A model generated the notes under the pieces. That model did not search any database, was not told the origin of the DNA, and saw only the letters and a program-made list of their open reading frames with translations. Below, in pieces: positions 26,196 through 35,785 of a DNA stretch of 62,517 bases. The stretch's first letter is position 1. Every line of letters starts with the position of its first letter. The position numbers were made by a program, and so were the translations under genes. The stretch is from a virus (lineage: Duplodnaviria > Caudoviricetes): positions 1-62,517 of IMG/VR virus record IMGVR_UViG_3300044797_000113, one strand, 5' to 3'.

Positions 26196-27638
26196 ATGGC
26201 CGGGCCCCGCAAGGTCTATCTATGTTTGGGACGATACGGGGACATCGCAAATCTCCTGCCGCTAATGCTTCACGAATCCCAAGTCGGTCAGCGCCCAATT
26301 CTGTGCGTTTCCAGGGACTTTGAGTCAATCTTGGATGGCGTGTCCTACGTCGACAGAATCGTGTACCAGGGAGCCTACAACGAGGTCGACAAGGCATCGC
26401 GCTGGCTTCAGCAACAGTTCCAGGGCCGTGAAATCACGATAGCGCAGTACCACCGGCATCCTTACGACAACAAGCGAGTCACCGAATCCTACCAGAAAGA
26501 AAACTGGCGCCTGGCTGGTTCGCTCAGTGAGTTTGGAAAACACCCGCTTGTTTTCGATCAACGCGACGCCGCCCGGGATGCCGCTATTTCAAGGCTACCC
26601 GGGACCGACGGGATGCGCCATATCCTGCTAGCGACAGGGAGCGTTTCGTCGCCGTTCAAACAGGCTGGCGAACTCAAGCAAGCCCTGCTCAACGCCTTCC
26701 CAAACTGCGTCCTGTATGATCTGTCCGGCGTCCACGCAGAACGGATTTATGACCTGGTGGCGCTTTACGACAAGGCACTTTGCATGGTATCGGTCGACAC
26801 CGTCCATCTCCACCTTGCGCGGGCTGCTCGCGTTCCCGTCGTTTCTATCATCAATGACGGATTCTTTGGGTCAATCCCTCCGCCGGCCTCGGTCGCGGCA
26901 ATTCGGTATTCGGACCCCGACCTGGTTCATCAAGTCGTCGAGGCTGTCCGTCACGTAGTCGACGCTCAGGACCAGTACCGATTTGTGATCCAGACCGTGA
27001 ACATGCACGGCGACACCCCGCGCCACAAACGCGCTCAGGCCACCTGGCCGGCCGCCTTCGGGGATGAGTCGATCGTCGACTGCTTCCAGGACAAGTGGAC
27101 TTACGATGCGCGGAGGATTGACGACCCGCGCTCCGTTCCGACCGTCCAGTCCATGTTTCAGGATGCAATCAACCGAGCGACATCGCCGGACGACGTGATA
27201 CTGTTCCACAATTCGGACGTTGGTCTGCTGCCTGGGTGCGTGAAACACATGCGCAGGCACGCCGCCGTGTTTGGCGCCTTCTCCATGCGAAGGGTCGAGC
27301 CCGGAGCGACATATACGCATATCGGCCGGGATCTGTTTGCTTTCCGGGCGGACTGGCTGGCTGAACATCTTCCGAGTTTTCCGATCTTCTACATGGGTTG
27401 CCCGTATTTCGACTTGGTCATTGCGGCGATCATCCGAAAGGACCGCGGCATCGTCAGTACGATCAAGAACATGGAGGTGGACTTCTACCCCTGCGAAATG
27501 GCGCCCGGGATGGCGACGCACGAGCCGCATAAGTCGGCGTGGGTCGAGGATGGCGAGCATACGCTGCCCGGGAACCTGTTCAACCGGCGTGCGGCGATGC
27601 GTTGGTGCCGGGATAATATGCCGAGCCTTGTGCTATGA
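26196..27638 (+). CDS. GT9-like (GT-B) glycosyltransferase fused to a GT-A-like domain
   Basis: LGRYGDI and VSVDTVHLHLARA, followed by VILFHNSDV and GRDLFAF. Confidence 0.7.
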   Translation: MAGPRKVYLCLGRYGDIANLLPLMLHESQVGQRPILCVSRDFESILDGVSYVDRIVYQGAYNEVDKASRWLQQQFQGREITIAQYHRHPYDNKRVTESYQKENWRLAGSLSEFGKHPLVFDQRDAARDAAISRLPGTDGMRHILLATGSVSSPFKQAGELKQALLNAFPNCVLYDLSGVHAERIYDLVALYDKALCMVSVDTVHLHLARAARVPVVSIINDGFFGSIPPPASVAAIRYSDPDLVHQVVEAVRHVVDAQDQYRFVIQTVNMHGDTPRHKRAQATWPAAFGDESIVDCFQDKWTYDARRIDDPRSVPTVQSMFQDAINRATSPDDVILFHNSDVGLLPGCVKHMRRHAAVFGAFSMRRVEPGATYTHIGRDLFAFRADWLAEHLPSFPIFYMGCPYFDLVIAAIIRKDRGIVSTIKNMEVDFYPCEMAPGMATHEPHKSAWVEDGEHTLPGNLFNRRAAMRWCRDNMPSLVL

Positions 27639-28084
27639 AACTCCACCTTGCATGCGGGGAAACGCGCCTTGACGGATGGGAGAACCACGATGCGGACCTG
27701 GATCTCTACATACTGCCGTTACCGTATTCCACTGGATCGGTCGAACGGATACTACTTGAACATTTTTCGGAACACTGTGACAGCCCTCAGTTACTTAGGT
27801 TGTTGGACGAATTGTACCGCATCCTGAAACCCGGCGGCGTCCTTCGGATGCTCTGTCCGGTCATAGACAATCGCCTGACGATCGAGCACGCCCGGGACTT
27901 GGCCCTTAATCATGGGCATCGCCAAGTTCTCAATTCGTCGTCCATGCGTGCCTTCCTGTGGATGGCTGGATTCCGGGATGATCGGATTTTCATTTCGACT
28001 CGGGCCCCGGAGGACTCGCATTGGCGCGCGATCGGCGTCGAGAAGGACGATTTGGAAACCTGCAGGATGGTGGCGACAAAATAG
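27635..28084 (+). CDS. Class I SAM-dependent methyltransferase (Methyltransf_11-like)
   Basis: KLHLACG, GWENHD, EH and ELYRILKPGG. Confidence 0.8.
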   Translation: MKLHLACGETRLDGWENHDADLDLYILPLPYSTGSVERILLEHFSEHCDSPQLLRLLDELYRILKPGGVLRMLCPVIDNRLTIEHARDLALNHGHRQVLNSSSMRAFLWMAGFRDDRIFISTRAPEDSHWRAIGVEKDDLETCRMVATK

Positions 28085-28086
28085 TC

Positions 28087-28773
28087 ATGTCCAGATTCAT
28101 CATCGGCAGCTCCTACTTTGACGGCGGAAAACCCTTCAGCAAGGAGTTTTCTCGGATCTGGCATTGGAACACGCTGGCTACGGATCCCAAGCCGTCCCGG
28201 GTGATCATCGTTGCGGAGGGAGGCGGACAGATTCCGCTGATCTCTCCAGCGACGGACGTTATTCACCTGACCGGGGACTTGGGGCATATCGGTCAACACA
28301 TGTCCGGCGAGAAAACCCACGAGTTTACCGGCTGGTCGTCGTCGATGCTGGCTGGTGCGATGCTCGCCTATTCCGAATGTGCCGACTTCATCTACAAGGA
28401 AGAGGACTGCCTAGCGTTCGGCCCCTGGGTTGCCCAAATGTACGCTGATGCCGGCGACAGGCAATTCGTGTTCGGGCGGCGAATGACGTCTCCTCCGTGG
28501 CAGCTCTGTTCGCAATCGCTTTTCATGGTTCGCCACGCATGGATGCCGACGTTTGTCCGCGAGTACCTGGCGCTCGGCAAGGACGGGCAATCCGACAACA
28601 TGGGGGAACATAAATTTTGGAAGATCGAGCAGAAGTATGGTTCCTCCGTCGTAGCTCGTCTGTCGTTCGGCGTGGACAGAGAGCGCCCTATCCCGTGGGA
28701 TGATCCGGTGTGGTTTGCCCAGCAATGGACTTCGGAGGAACTTGACGAAGCGCGCCGGCGAAACCTTATTTGA
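28087..28773 (+). CDS. Hypothetical protein, possible GT-A-fold enzyme
   Basis: FIYKEEDCL acidic motif; cluster context. Confidence 0.55.
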   Translation: MSRFIIGSSYFDGGKPFSKEFSRIWHWNTLATDPKPSRVIIVAEGGGQIPLISPATDVIHLTGDLGHIGQHMSGEKTHEFTGWSSSMLAGAMLAYSECADFIYKEEDCLAFGPWVAQMYADAGDRQFVFGRRMTSPPWQLCSQSLFMVRHAWMPTFVREYLALGKDGQSDNMGEHKFWKIEQKYGSSVVARLSFGVDRERPIPWDDPVWFAQQWTSEELDEARRRNLI

Positions 28774-28776
28774 CCC

Positions 28777-29358
28777 ATGGAACTGCTCCCCAAACGAATC
28801 GACCTCTTCAAACGTCTTCCACGGGGCGCTCTGGTTGCCGAGATTGGCACATGGCGAGGCTATTTTGCCGTCGAGATTCTGAACACCTGCCCCATCGGCA
28901 AACTGTTCTGCGTGGACCCTTGGACCGGGCAGTCAGGCAGCTATGGGCCAACCGAGAAAACCGAGGCCGAGCATGAAGAGGATCTTGCCGAGTGCCGGCA
29001 TCATCTTCGCGGGCATCTTCCTGGAGGCCGGGTCGAAATCATCCGCGGGTTCTCGGTGGATGTCGCGAAGAACAATACGACGATTCCTTTGCTGGACGCC
29101 GTTTACGTGGATGCCGCCCACGACTACGAGAACGTATTTGCGGACCTCGTTGCATGGTCCGGGCGCCTGAAGCCAGGCGGAGTTCTCATGGGCCATGATT
29201 GGACGGACAACGCCATGGCCCGGGAGAACGGCTGGGGCGTGAAACGCGCCGTCGCCGACTTTTGCCAGAAATACGGCTGGGCACTGACCGCCGTCACCAG
29301 CGAGGATTTCGCGTCGTTCCAGATCAACCGGGACAACTGGACCGGCGCCGAGCTGTGA
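28777..29358 (+). CDS. Class I SAM-dependent methyltransferase (Methyltransf_24-like)
   Basis: AEIGTWRG, VDPW, VYVDAAHDYE and LKPGGVLMGHD. Confidence 0.88.
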   Translation: MELLPKRIDLFKRLPRGALVAEIGTWRGYFAVEILNTCPIGKLFCVDPWTGQSGSYGPTEKTEAEHEEDLAECRHHLRGHLPGGRVEIIRGFSVDVAKNNTTIPLLDAVYVDAAHDYENVFADLVAWSGRLKPGGVLMGHDWTDNAMARENGWGVKRAVADFCQKYGWALTAVTSEDFASFQINRDNWTGAEL

Positions 29359-29978
29359 GCATACCCCGCATCATTCATTACGCGCTTTGCGGCGGATGGA
29401 AACTCTCTGATCTGGACGAACGGTGCATCGCCACCTGGCGCGCGGTGCTGCCGGATTACGAACTGCACCTATGGACGGATGAGAACGGTCCGAAGGATCG
29501 CCCGTTCTTCCGGGACGCGTGTCGGCTGCGGCCGGTGAACGCGAGCAACTACATCAAGTTCTGGGCGCTGAACGAGTTTGGCGGGATTTTTTTGGACAAC
29601 GACGTCGAGGTCGTGCGGCCATTCGATTTGTCGCCGGCGTGCTTCGTGGCGTTTCAGCGCGACGACGTGATCGACGACTGCATTAATACGGCGGTCATCG
29701 GCTCCGAACCGAAGCATCCGTTTATTCTTTCGTGCCTACGCCGACTCGATTCAGACCAGGCTGACACCTGGCCGATTTGGCCGGGTTGCGGGCTTCCGAC
29801 GGAAGAACTTCGATTCCGCGGTCTGCGCGGGCTGAATGTCGAGCAGGTAGTAGAAGGAGTCACGGTGTACGATAAGGAACGGTTTTACCCTTGGCGGTGG
29901 GATGAGCAGCCGGACAGGTCCCGAGTCACCGATAGAACCTTTGCGATTCATCACTGGGCGTCATCCTGGGCAAAATGA
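29355..29978 (+). CDS. GT32 (Gly_transf_sug/OCH1-like) glycosyltransferase
   Basis: IPRIIHY, CIATW...PDYE..LW, GGIFLDNDV, PKHPF and AIHHWASSW. Confidence 0.88.
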   Translation: MSIPRIIHYALCGGWKLSDLDERCIATWRAVLPDYELHLWTDENGPKDRPFFRDACRLRPVNASNYIKFWALNEFGGIFLDNDVEVVRPFDLSPACFVAFQRDDVIDDCINTAVIGSEPKHPFILSCLRRLDSDQADTWPIWPGCGLPTEELRFRGLRGLNVEQVVEGVTVYDKERFYPWRWDEQPDRSRVTDRTFAIHHWASSWAK

Positions 29979-30925
29979 AAAACGTCTTCGTAGCCGGCGG
30001 GGCAGGATTCATCGGGTCGGCGCTTGTTCGCCGCCTTTCTCTGCGCAAGGACGTGGCGTCGATCGTGATTTACGACAACCTGTCGTGCGGGACATTCAGC
30101 CGGATTCAGAGTGCTTTGGAGCCAAACCGGGTCGAGTTCCTGAAGGATGAGCTGTCCGATTTGGCTCCGCTGACCGCGGCCATGTTCGGCTGTGACACCG
30201 TTTTCTGCCTAGCGGCCAATCCGGACATTTCTAAGTCCGTCACCGATCCGTCCGTTGACTTCTGGCAGGGAACCCGGCTCGTTCAAAATGTCCTCGAGGC
30301 GGCCCGGGTGATCGGCGTCAAGCGGTTCTTCTTGCCTTCAGGGAGCGGGGTATACGGAGAACGGCCAGGCCACGCGTTTCCGGAGGACTACGGGCCCTGC
30401 CTGCCTATCTCTCCCTACGGTGCCTCCAAGCTCGCCTGCGAGGCCCTTGTTTGTGCGTACAGCCACATGTTTGGGATCGAGGGTCGGGTGTTCCGATTCG
30501 CGAACGTGGTCGGCCCCAGGCAGACACACGGTGTCGGCAGGGACTTCATTACCCGGCTCACCGTTGACCAGAAACACCTCCGCATCCTTGGCGACGGAAC
30601 CCAGCTAAAATCGTACATTCACGTCGACGATGTCCTGGACGCCGTCTTCATGGTGGCTGCGGCGGCCGGACTACCGAAATACGACGTTTTCAACGTGGCG
30701 AGCGAGGACACGATGAGCGTCACGGATGTTGCGGTGATGGCTTCCCGGATCGTGCCGCACGCGAGCCAGGTCCAGTTCGAGTACACCGGAGGGGATCGAG
30801 GTTGGAAAGGCGACGTTCCGAAGGTTATTTTCGACTGTACGAAGATTCGACGCTTGGGATGGGCACCGAAACACACCTCACGCCAGGCGATGTCAGGGGC
30901 CCTAAAAGCCATGCTGTGCGAGTGA
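29975..30925 (+). CDS. NAD-dependent sugar-nucleotide epimerase/dehydratase (GalE-like)
   Basis: GGAGFIGS, YDNLS.G, YGASK, RFANVVGP and GDGTQ.KSYIHV. Confidence 0.92.
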   Translation: MKNVFVAGGAGFIGSALVRRLSLRKDVASIVIYDNLSCGTFSRIQSALEPNRVEFLKDELSDLAPLTAAMFGCDTVFCLAANPDISKSVTDPSVDFWQGTRLVQNVLEAARVIGVKRFFLPSGSGVYGERPGHAFPEDYGPCLPISPYGASKLACEALVCAYSHMFGIEGRVFRFANVVGPRQTHGVGRDFITRLTVDQKHLRILGDGTQLKSYIHVDDVLDAVFMVAAAAGLPKYDVFNVASEDTMSVTDVAVMASRIVPHASQVQFEYTGGDRGWKGDVPKVIFDCTKIRRLGWAPKHTSRQAMSGALKAMLCE

Positions 30926-30929
30926 CTCC

Positions 30930-31709
30930 ATGACTGTACGGATATTTACCATCGTTTTGGACGGGATGCCCTGGGTCACGCATCACCTTCCGGTTTTCAA
31001 CCGCCTGACGATTCCCTGGACTTGGACGATCGCGCACGGCGTCTCCAAGAATGTCCGGGACACGCGATGGATCCGGGCGCAGGAGCCGCGTCTGTCGAAC
31101 GACGGGACGACCGAATACCTGGCTTCGATTTACCGGCATCCCCGTGTGCGGATTTTTAATGCCCCTGTCTGGGAAGGGAAAATCGAGATGGTCAACGCCT
31201 GCTTGGACGGCGTTCAGGAAGGCGACGTTCTGATTGAGGTCGACGTCGACGAGCTCTGGACGGCGGATCAAATCGAGACGATTACCAAGGTTTTTGCAGG
31301 GCATCCAGGCGTCGATGCCATGCAGTTCTGGTGCCGGTATTTTCTCGGCCCAAACATCGTCATTGGCCCGAGGGACGGAAACTCCTATGGCTGCCGGCAA
31401 ACCGAATGGACGCGCGCCTGGCGCATCAAGTCGCCCGCCCAGCGGTTTCTCACCCATGAGCCGCCCGTCATGCCAGAAGTCCGGCATCTCATGCTGCGAG
31501 ACGAAACTCTCGGCTACGGCCTAGAGTTCGACCATTATGCCTACGCGACGAAGGCCCAGTTGCAGTATAAGCAGAACGTCTACGGGTACGAAGGTGCCGT
31601 TCACGGTTGGGAAAGGCTGCAGGCGAACAAGGAATGGCCGGTTAAACGGCTGAAACTGTTCCTGCCGTGGGTGGACGAGAAGTCGACGGCGGACTTGTGC
31701 GTGCGATGA
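30930..31709 (+). CDS. GT2-like glycosyltransferase
   Basis: SNDGTTEYL, EVDVDELW and FDHYAY. Confidence 0.72.
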   Translation: MTVRIFTIVLDGMPWVTHHLPVFNRLTIPWTWTIAHGVSKNVRDTRWIRAQEPRLSNDGTTEYLASIYRHPRVRIFNAPVWEGKIEMVNACLDGVQEGDVLIEVDVDELWTADQIETITKVFAGHPGVDAMQFWCRYFLGPNIVIGPRDGNSYGCRQTEWTRAWRIKSPAQRFLTHEPPVMPEVRHLMLRDETLGYGLEFDHYAYATKAQLQYKQNVYGYEGAVHGWERLQANKEWPVKRLKLFLPWVDEKSTADLCVR

Positions 31710-31879
31710 GCGGTCCGTCAGAAGGCTCGCACGACACGGAAGGGCTTCGGGAAGACATGAACCGAATCATAACAAATTACCCCAGCCTGACCGTCGTGGA
31801 AACCCTTGGCGTACTCGAGCTCCTGAAGGCCGAATTGATCGAGCGAGTGCGGACTAGCGGGCCTGAGACTGACCGATGA
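31706..31879 (+). CDS. Small hypothetical protein
   Basis: ATGA-coupled at both ends. Confidence 0.5.
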   Translation: MSGPSEGSHDTEGLREDMNRIITNYPSLTVVETLGVLELLKAELIERVRTSGPETDR

Positions 31880-32271
31880 ACATCCTCTTCACCGAAGGTT
31901 ACGACGCCCAGGACTTCAACTGGGTGGTTCCTGCACTCCAGGCCGAGTATTTTGGCGCCAATCGGACCCGCGACGACATCATGATCACGGCCCGCGCCTG
32001 CCATTGCTTCGGGGTACGTGATCAGGATTCAAACAGGCAGATCGCCTACGCTCGGGCCCTGAGCGACGAATGCGAGTTTTCGTGGATCGCGGATGTTGTC
32101 GTCGATCGGTCAGTCAGGCTAATGGGAGTCGGGACGTTCTTAATGAGGGAAATCCTGCGTCATCCGCTCATAAGGCCCACGGTAGCTACTCTGAGCACCA
32201 AGGACGCCCATGGATTTTACAGGCGAATGCGGTTCACGGAGAGTCTGGTTTTGTGCAGGTCGAAGGGGTGA
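31876..32271 (+). CDS. GNAT N-acetyltransferase
   Basis: IADVVVDRSVRLMGVGTFL and DAHGFYRRMRF. Confidence 0.85.
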   Translation: MNILFTEGYDAQDFNWVVPALQAEYFGANRTRDDIMITARACHCFGVRDQDSNRQIAYARALSDECEFSWIADVVVDRSVRLMGVGTFLMREILRHPLIRPTVATLSTKDAHGFYRRMRFTESLVLCRSKG

Positions 32272-32311
32272 ATATGGGTAGCTGGGTATTTTAGGATGCC
32301 AAAATATCCGG

Positions 32312-32550
32312 TTGACACGCCGCCAGCTTCGTACCAAGTGAAGTCAACCGGCGGTTAATAGCGTTGAGCTTGGCCCGCCGCAGCTCGCAAGGGACTGCGG
32401 ATCACACCGACCGGGGGCCGATGGTCGTAAAGAGCGAGGAGCTCCCAAAAGAGGACGCCGACTAATCATCGGTCGCCGAAAACACCAGAGCAAGTCTGGC
32501 TGCTGTATTCAGTCAGCAGATACACAAACAATCATGTTTTCCTTCCTCTC
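32312..32550 (+). promoter_or_regulatory. Promoter (TTGACA 32312) and structured 5' leader of the major capsid gene
   Basis: 279-nt non-coding gap with several hairpins, including a GCAA tetraloop. Confidence 0.5.
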
Positions 32551-33795
32551 ATGTCGTGTACTCCGATCAGCCCATCACTCGCGAATCAATTCTTCTCGAA
32601 TGATCCGACGAGGCTTTACGGCCCGATTGCCAAGTCTTTGGCGCTTGCTGTGCCGTACATCGCGTGCCTGAAGTCAGGCACCTTCCCAGCCAGCGTTTCC
32701 GCTGTGCTCCAGTCGGTCGCCCAAGGTCGTCCCTATCTCGGGACTTCAATGGCGAATCCCTCTTTCACCCCGATGCTGAACCTCTGCGGTTCCTGCTCGG
32801 TGCCGATCGACCAGAACGGCACGAACCAGTACAGCTACAACGCCAGCATCGCGAACGGAATCTCGGACAAGATCTGCTTGAACCAGGGCTTCTCGGCGTT
32901 TCTCGGATCGCTGATGGCTCAGCTCGAAGCCTACCAGGAGGGCATCGTGGAGTTGGTGAACGCCGACATCCGATGGTCGCTCTTCCAGGCATGCGGGATC
33001 AAGTGCGTTGTGCAGCCGGGCGTGTCCGTCGCCAGCATGATCTCGGGCGGTGAGTATTCGTATAACACGCCGGTCCCGGCGGTTGAGGCGGAGGCCACCG
33101 TTCCGTTTGCGCTGCTGCAGGCGCTGAACCGCTACCTGCGGACCGTTCCGCGGTGCGTCCCGTTCGGCTCCGGCATGGACAGGCACGCCAAGTTCATCGG
33201 TTCCCCGGACCTGCTCGACTCGCTGAGGAATGACCTCGGCGGCGCGGCTGGCCCCGGCGGGGTCGGTGGTGGCCCGGTCGTTCCCTTGGGCTACCCGACG
33301 GCGGGCGGAAACAAGGAGACCATGGCGGCGATCACGTCGTACATGTTCGAGCCCACGTACCGCGGCATCAAGTTCGGTGAGGATCCGCAGCCGCTGCGCC
33401 TCAACTGGACGGGTGGCCAGTATGTTCCCGTCGACCCGAACTCGCCGTACTCGGCCACGGTCGGCACGGTGTCGATCGCGAGCCAGGCGTGGATCGCCGC
33501 CTCCCATGAGGTGTCGTTCCTCATGTACGACAAGTCCTTTGAGCGGCAGGTGCCGGCGCCTTGGACGGGCGAGGGCAAGGCCAAGTTCGAGCGCCAGATG
33601 TTCGGCGGGGAGATTCAGTTCAAGAACCACCCCGACATGGCGGCGAACCTGTGGGGCGACTGGGGCGTGATGGCGTGGCGTATCGGCCGCGCGTACCGCC
33701 CGATCTACCCCTGGAACATAACGGCCATCATCAGCAAGCGTTGCGTCGAGAACGACAACGTCGTTATCTGCACGGGTGTTACCGGCCTGACCTGA
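32551..33795 (+). CDS. Major capsid protein
   Basis: 414 aa, strongly C/G-ending codons, own promoter/leader and downstream hairpins, position ahead of tail genes. Confidence 0.75.
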   Translation: MSCTPISPSLANQFFSNDPTRLYGPIAKSLALAVPYIACLKSGTFPASVSAVLQSVAQGRPYLGTSMANPSFTPMLNLCGSCSVPIDQNGTNQYSYNASIANGISDKICLNQGFSAFLGSLMAQLEAYQEGIVELVNADIRWSLFQACGIKCVVQPGVSVASMISGGEYSYNTPVPAVEAEATVPFALLQALNRYLRTVPRCVPFGSGMDRHAKFIGSPDLLDSLRNDLGGAAGPGGVGGGPVVPLGYPTAGGNKETMAAITSYMFEPTYRGIKFGEDPQPLRLNWTGGQYVPVDPNSPYSATVGTVSIASQAWIAASHEVSFLMYDKSFERQVPAPWTGEGKAKFERQMFGGEIQFKNHPDMAANLWGDWGVMAWRIGRAYRPIYPWNITAIISKRCVENDNVVICTGVTGLT

Positions 33796-33820
33796 TCAGG
33801 CCGGTTGGTGTTGGGCATAA

Positions 33821-33856
33821 GTTGGTGCGCTTGGTCACGGGGCCAAGTGCACCAAC
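33821..33856 (+). terminator. 16-bp hairpin after the major capsid gene (terminator/processing site; weak U tract)
   Basis: gttggtgcgcttggtc-acgg-ggccaagtgcaccaac. Confidence 0.5.
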
Positions 33857-33882
33857 GCCACTTTCAGAAAACAAACTAACCT

Positions 33883-35193
33883 ATGGGCGGACTTCCCGGA
33901 TGTTGCGGACCTAGCATTTGCCCGCCCGGGCCCGTGCAGACGTTCTTTCTGGCGGGGCCTCCTTCGCCTTCCGGGACATGGCCTCTGGCGCAGGGTCAAG
34001 TGACAGGGTCCGTGGTTTTCAACCCTCCTTTGGCTCAGGTTCCGACGTTGGTAATGGCGTGGGTCGAGATGCCGGATATTAATGGCGCCGTTATCGGCGC
34101 TGCGGTAGACCGGTCATCCATCACAGCCAATGGGTTTAATTTTGCGCTGGCAGGTCCGCCTCCTGACGCAAACCACATTCTGGTTTTCGCGATCAACCCG
34201 GCTGTCGTGAACTTTGGGGGTCCGCCTGGTCCTCCGGGATTGACCGGTCCGGCTGGTCCACCGGGTCCATCGGGCCCAACTGGTCCCGCTGGGACCAATG
34301 GAGCCGTTGGCGCAGCAGGCCCTCGGGGGAATGTTGGCCCGGCCTACGTGTACGCGGGCGACTACATTTCGACCGGCACGTATTACTGCACGGCTACGCT
34401 TGTCTCGATCGTGTCGTACATGGGGCGCTTCTATCTTGCCGCCAACGGAGAAAAAAGCGGCTTGGCAAACTGGGGCCTCCCGATCACGTCGGACTGGACC
34501 ATCATGGGGGTCCAGTATCAGTCGATTGCAACAGGACTCCTGCTGACCCAGGATGCCGTCGTCACCCAGATTCTCACCCTCGGGCAATCCGGAAGCAACG
34601 TAGGGATCATCCAGTCTGCTAACTATGTCCCGGGATCGGTTGGATTCAAGATCACGGCTGCCGGGTATGCGGAGTTTAACGGAGCCGTGTTCACGGGGTC
34701 CATTTCGGCGGCCCTGATCGGCGTTGGAACGGTGGCGTTCAATCCGGTTTCATACTCGGCAAATACGTTTCCAATCACCGGGAACGTTGCTGCCACAAAC
34801 ACCACGGGAACAACGATTTCTTCGGTGAAGATCATCGACGTTGTCACCGTAGAAGGATGGGGTGTCGGAGGCGCTGGATTTGCCGCCAACCGGTACGGAC
34901 AGTCCGCCATGGTGTTCAAGGTGGACGTTTCCGGGGACTACACGATTCCCACCCAGACGGTCGTCACGGACCTTGTGTACTCGCTGGACTCAGGGGCTAG
35001 TTGGACCGTGTTTCCCGGGGAGTGGGAGGAGATTTCCAGTTCCGAGATCCATTCTTTCGGAATGTCTATTTCCCTGACACTGACCGGTCTTTTGGCCACT
35101 GGAACCATCCACTTCGGAATTAAGTGTACCGCCGGGGATCCGACTTCTGTGTACAACGCATGCACAATGAACGTGACATGCTTTAACCTGTGA
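33883..35193 (+). CDS. Collagen-like fibre/decoration protein
   Basis: Cys-rich N-terminus, small beta domain, G-X-Y repeat run, beta-rich C-terminus. Confidence 0.75.
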   Translation: MGGLPGCCGPSICPPGPVQTFFLAGPPSPSGTWPLAQGQVTGSVVFNPPLAQVPTLVMAWVEMPDINGAVIGAAVDRSSITANGFNFALAGPPPDANHILVFAINPAVVNFGGPPGPPGLTGPAGPPGPSGPTGPAGTNGAVGAAGPRGNVGPAYVYAGDYISTGTYYCTATLVSIVSYMGRFYLAANGEKSGLANWGLPITSDWTIMGVQYQSIATGLLLTQDAVVTQILTLGQSGSNVGIIQSANYVPGSVGFKITAAGYAEFNGAVFTGSISAALIGVGTVAFNPVSYSANTFPITGNVAATNTTGTTISSVKIIDVVTVEGWGVGGAGFAANRYGQSAMVFKVDVSGDYTIPTQTVVTDLVYSLDSGASWTVFPGEWEEISSSEIHSFGMSISLTLTGLLATGTIHFGIKCTAGDPTSVYNACTMNVTCFNL

Positions 35194-35603
35194 CGCCTCG
35201 GCAAACAGTTCCGCCTATCGGTAGGCCGACGTCCAGTCCTCTTGTGGGCCCACAGGGACCCGCGGGGCCGCAGGGGACGACTGGTTCTACCGGTGCTGCC
35301 GGGAGTACCGGCCCAACCGGTCCTCAAGGGCGACAGGGCGCTCAAGGAGTCACCGGTCCGACCGGTCCCGCTGGTCCGATTGTCGGTCCAAGCCAAAAGG
35401 GACAATTCACGGCAAACGGGGCGTCCACCGTAACCGTCGCGAACTCACTTGTGACAGCCACCTCCTGCATCGTTCCCACGGTCAATACTCCCTCAGGAAC
35501 CGTTCATGGAGCCTTTGTGACTACAAAGACTCCGGGGACCGGATTTACTATCGTCAGCGTGGCCGGGGATGCGTCTCTTTACGACTACGCCGTCATAGGA
35601 TGA
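35190..35603 (+). CDS. Short collagen-like fibre protein
   Basis: [16 protein letters not shown]... repeats plus a C-terminal beta domain. Confidence 0.75.
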   Translation: MTPRQTVPPIGRPTSSPLVGPQGPAGPQGTTGSTGAAGSTGPTGPQGRQGAQGVTGPTGPAGPIVGPSQKGQFTANGASTVTVANSLVTATSCIVPTVNTPSGTVHGAFVTTKTPGTGFTIVSVAGDASLYDYAVIG

Positions 35604-35785
35604 ACCCGACCAATTCCAAGCCACTGTACGCGCGCAATGGGTCCGTGACCCATCCGGCCAAGATTCATCGGACTCCGGTTGTTCAACTGTCGGCAATTGG
35701 AGGAGTTTTGAAGGCGAAGGCCGGGTTTCATGTGTCAATCTCCAAGACAGGTCGAGTCATGATGCCCGGAGGGAGGGTTAACTAA
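35600..35785 (+). CDS. Small basic hypothetical protein
   Basis: Coupled at both ends. Confidence 0.5.
   Translation: MNPTNSKPLYARNGSVTHPAKIHRTPVVQLSAIGGVLKAKAGFHVSISKTGRVMMPGGRVN

Noticed and set aside
32400-32460. HDV-like ribozyme on the minus strand (TCCTCGC loop)
   Set aside because: P1, P1.1 and P3 pairings could not be built around it.
33793-33883. Stop-codon readthrough fusing capsid to the collagen fibre (same frame)
   Set aside because: A second in-frame stop (TAA 33877-33879) intervenes.
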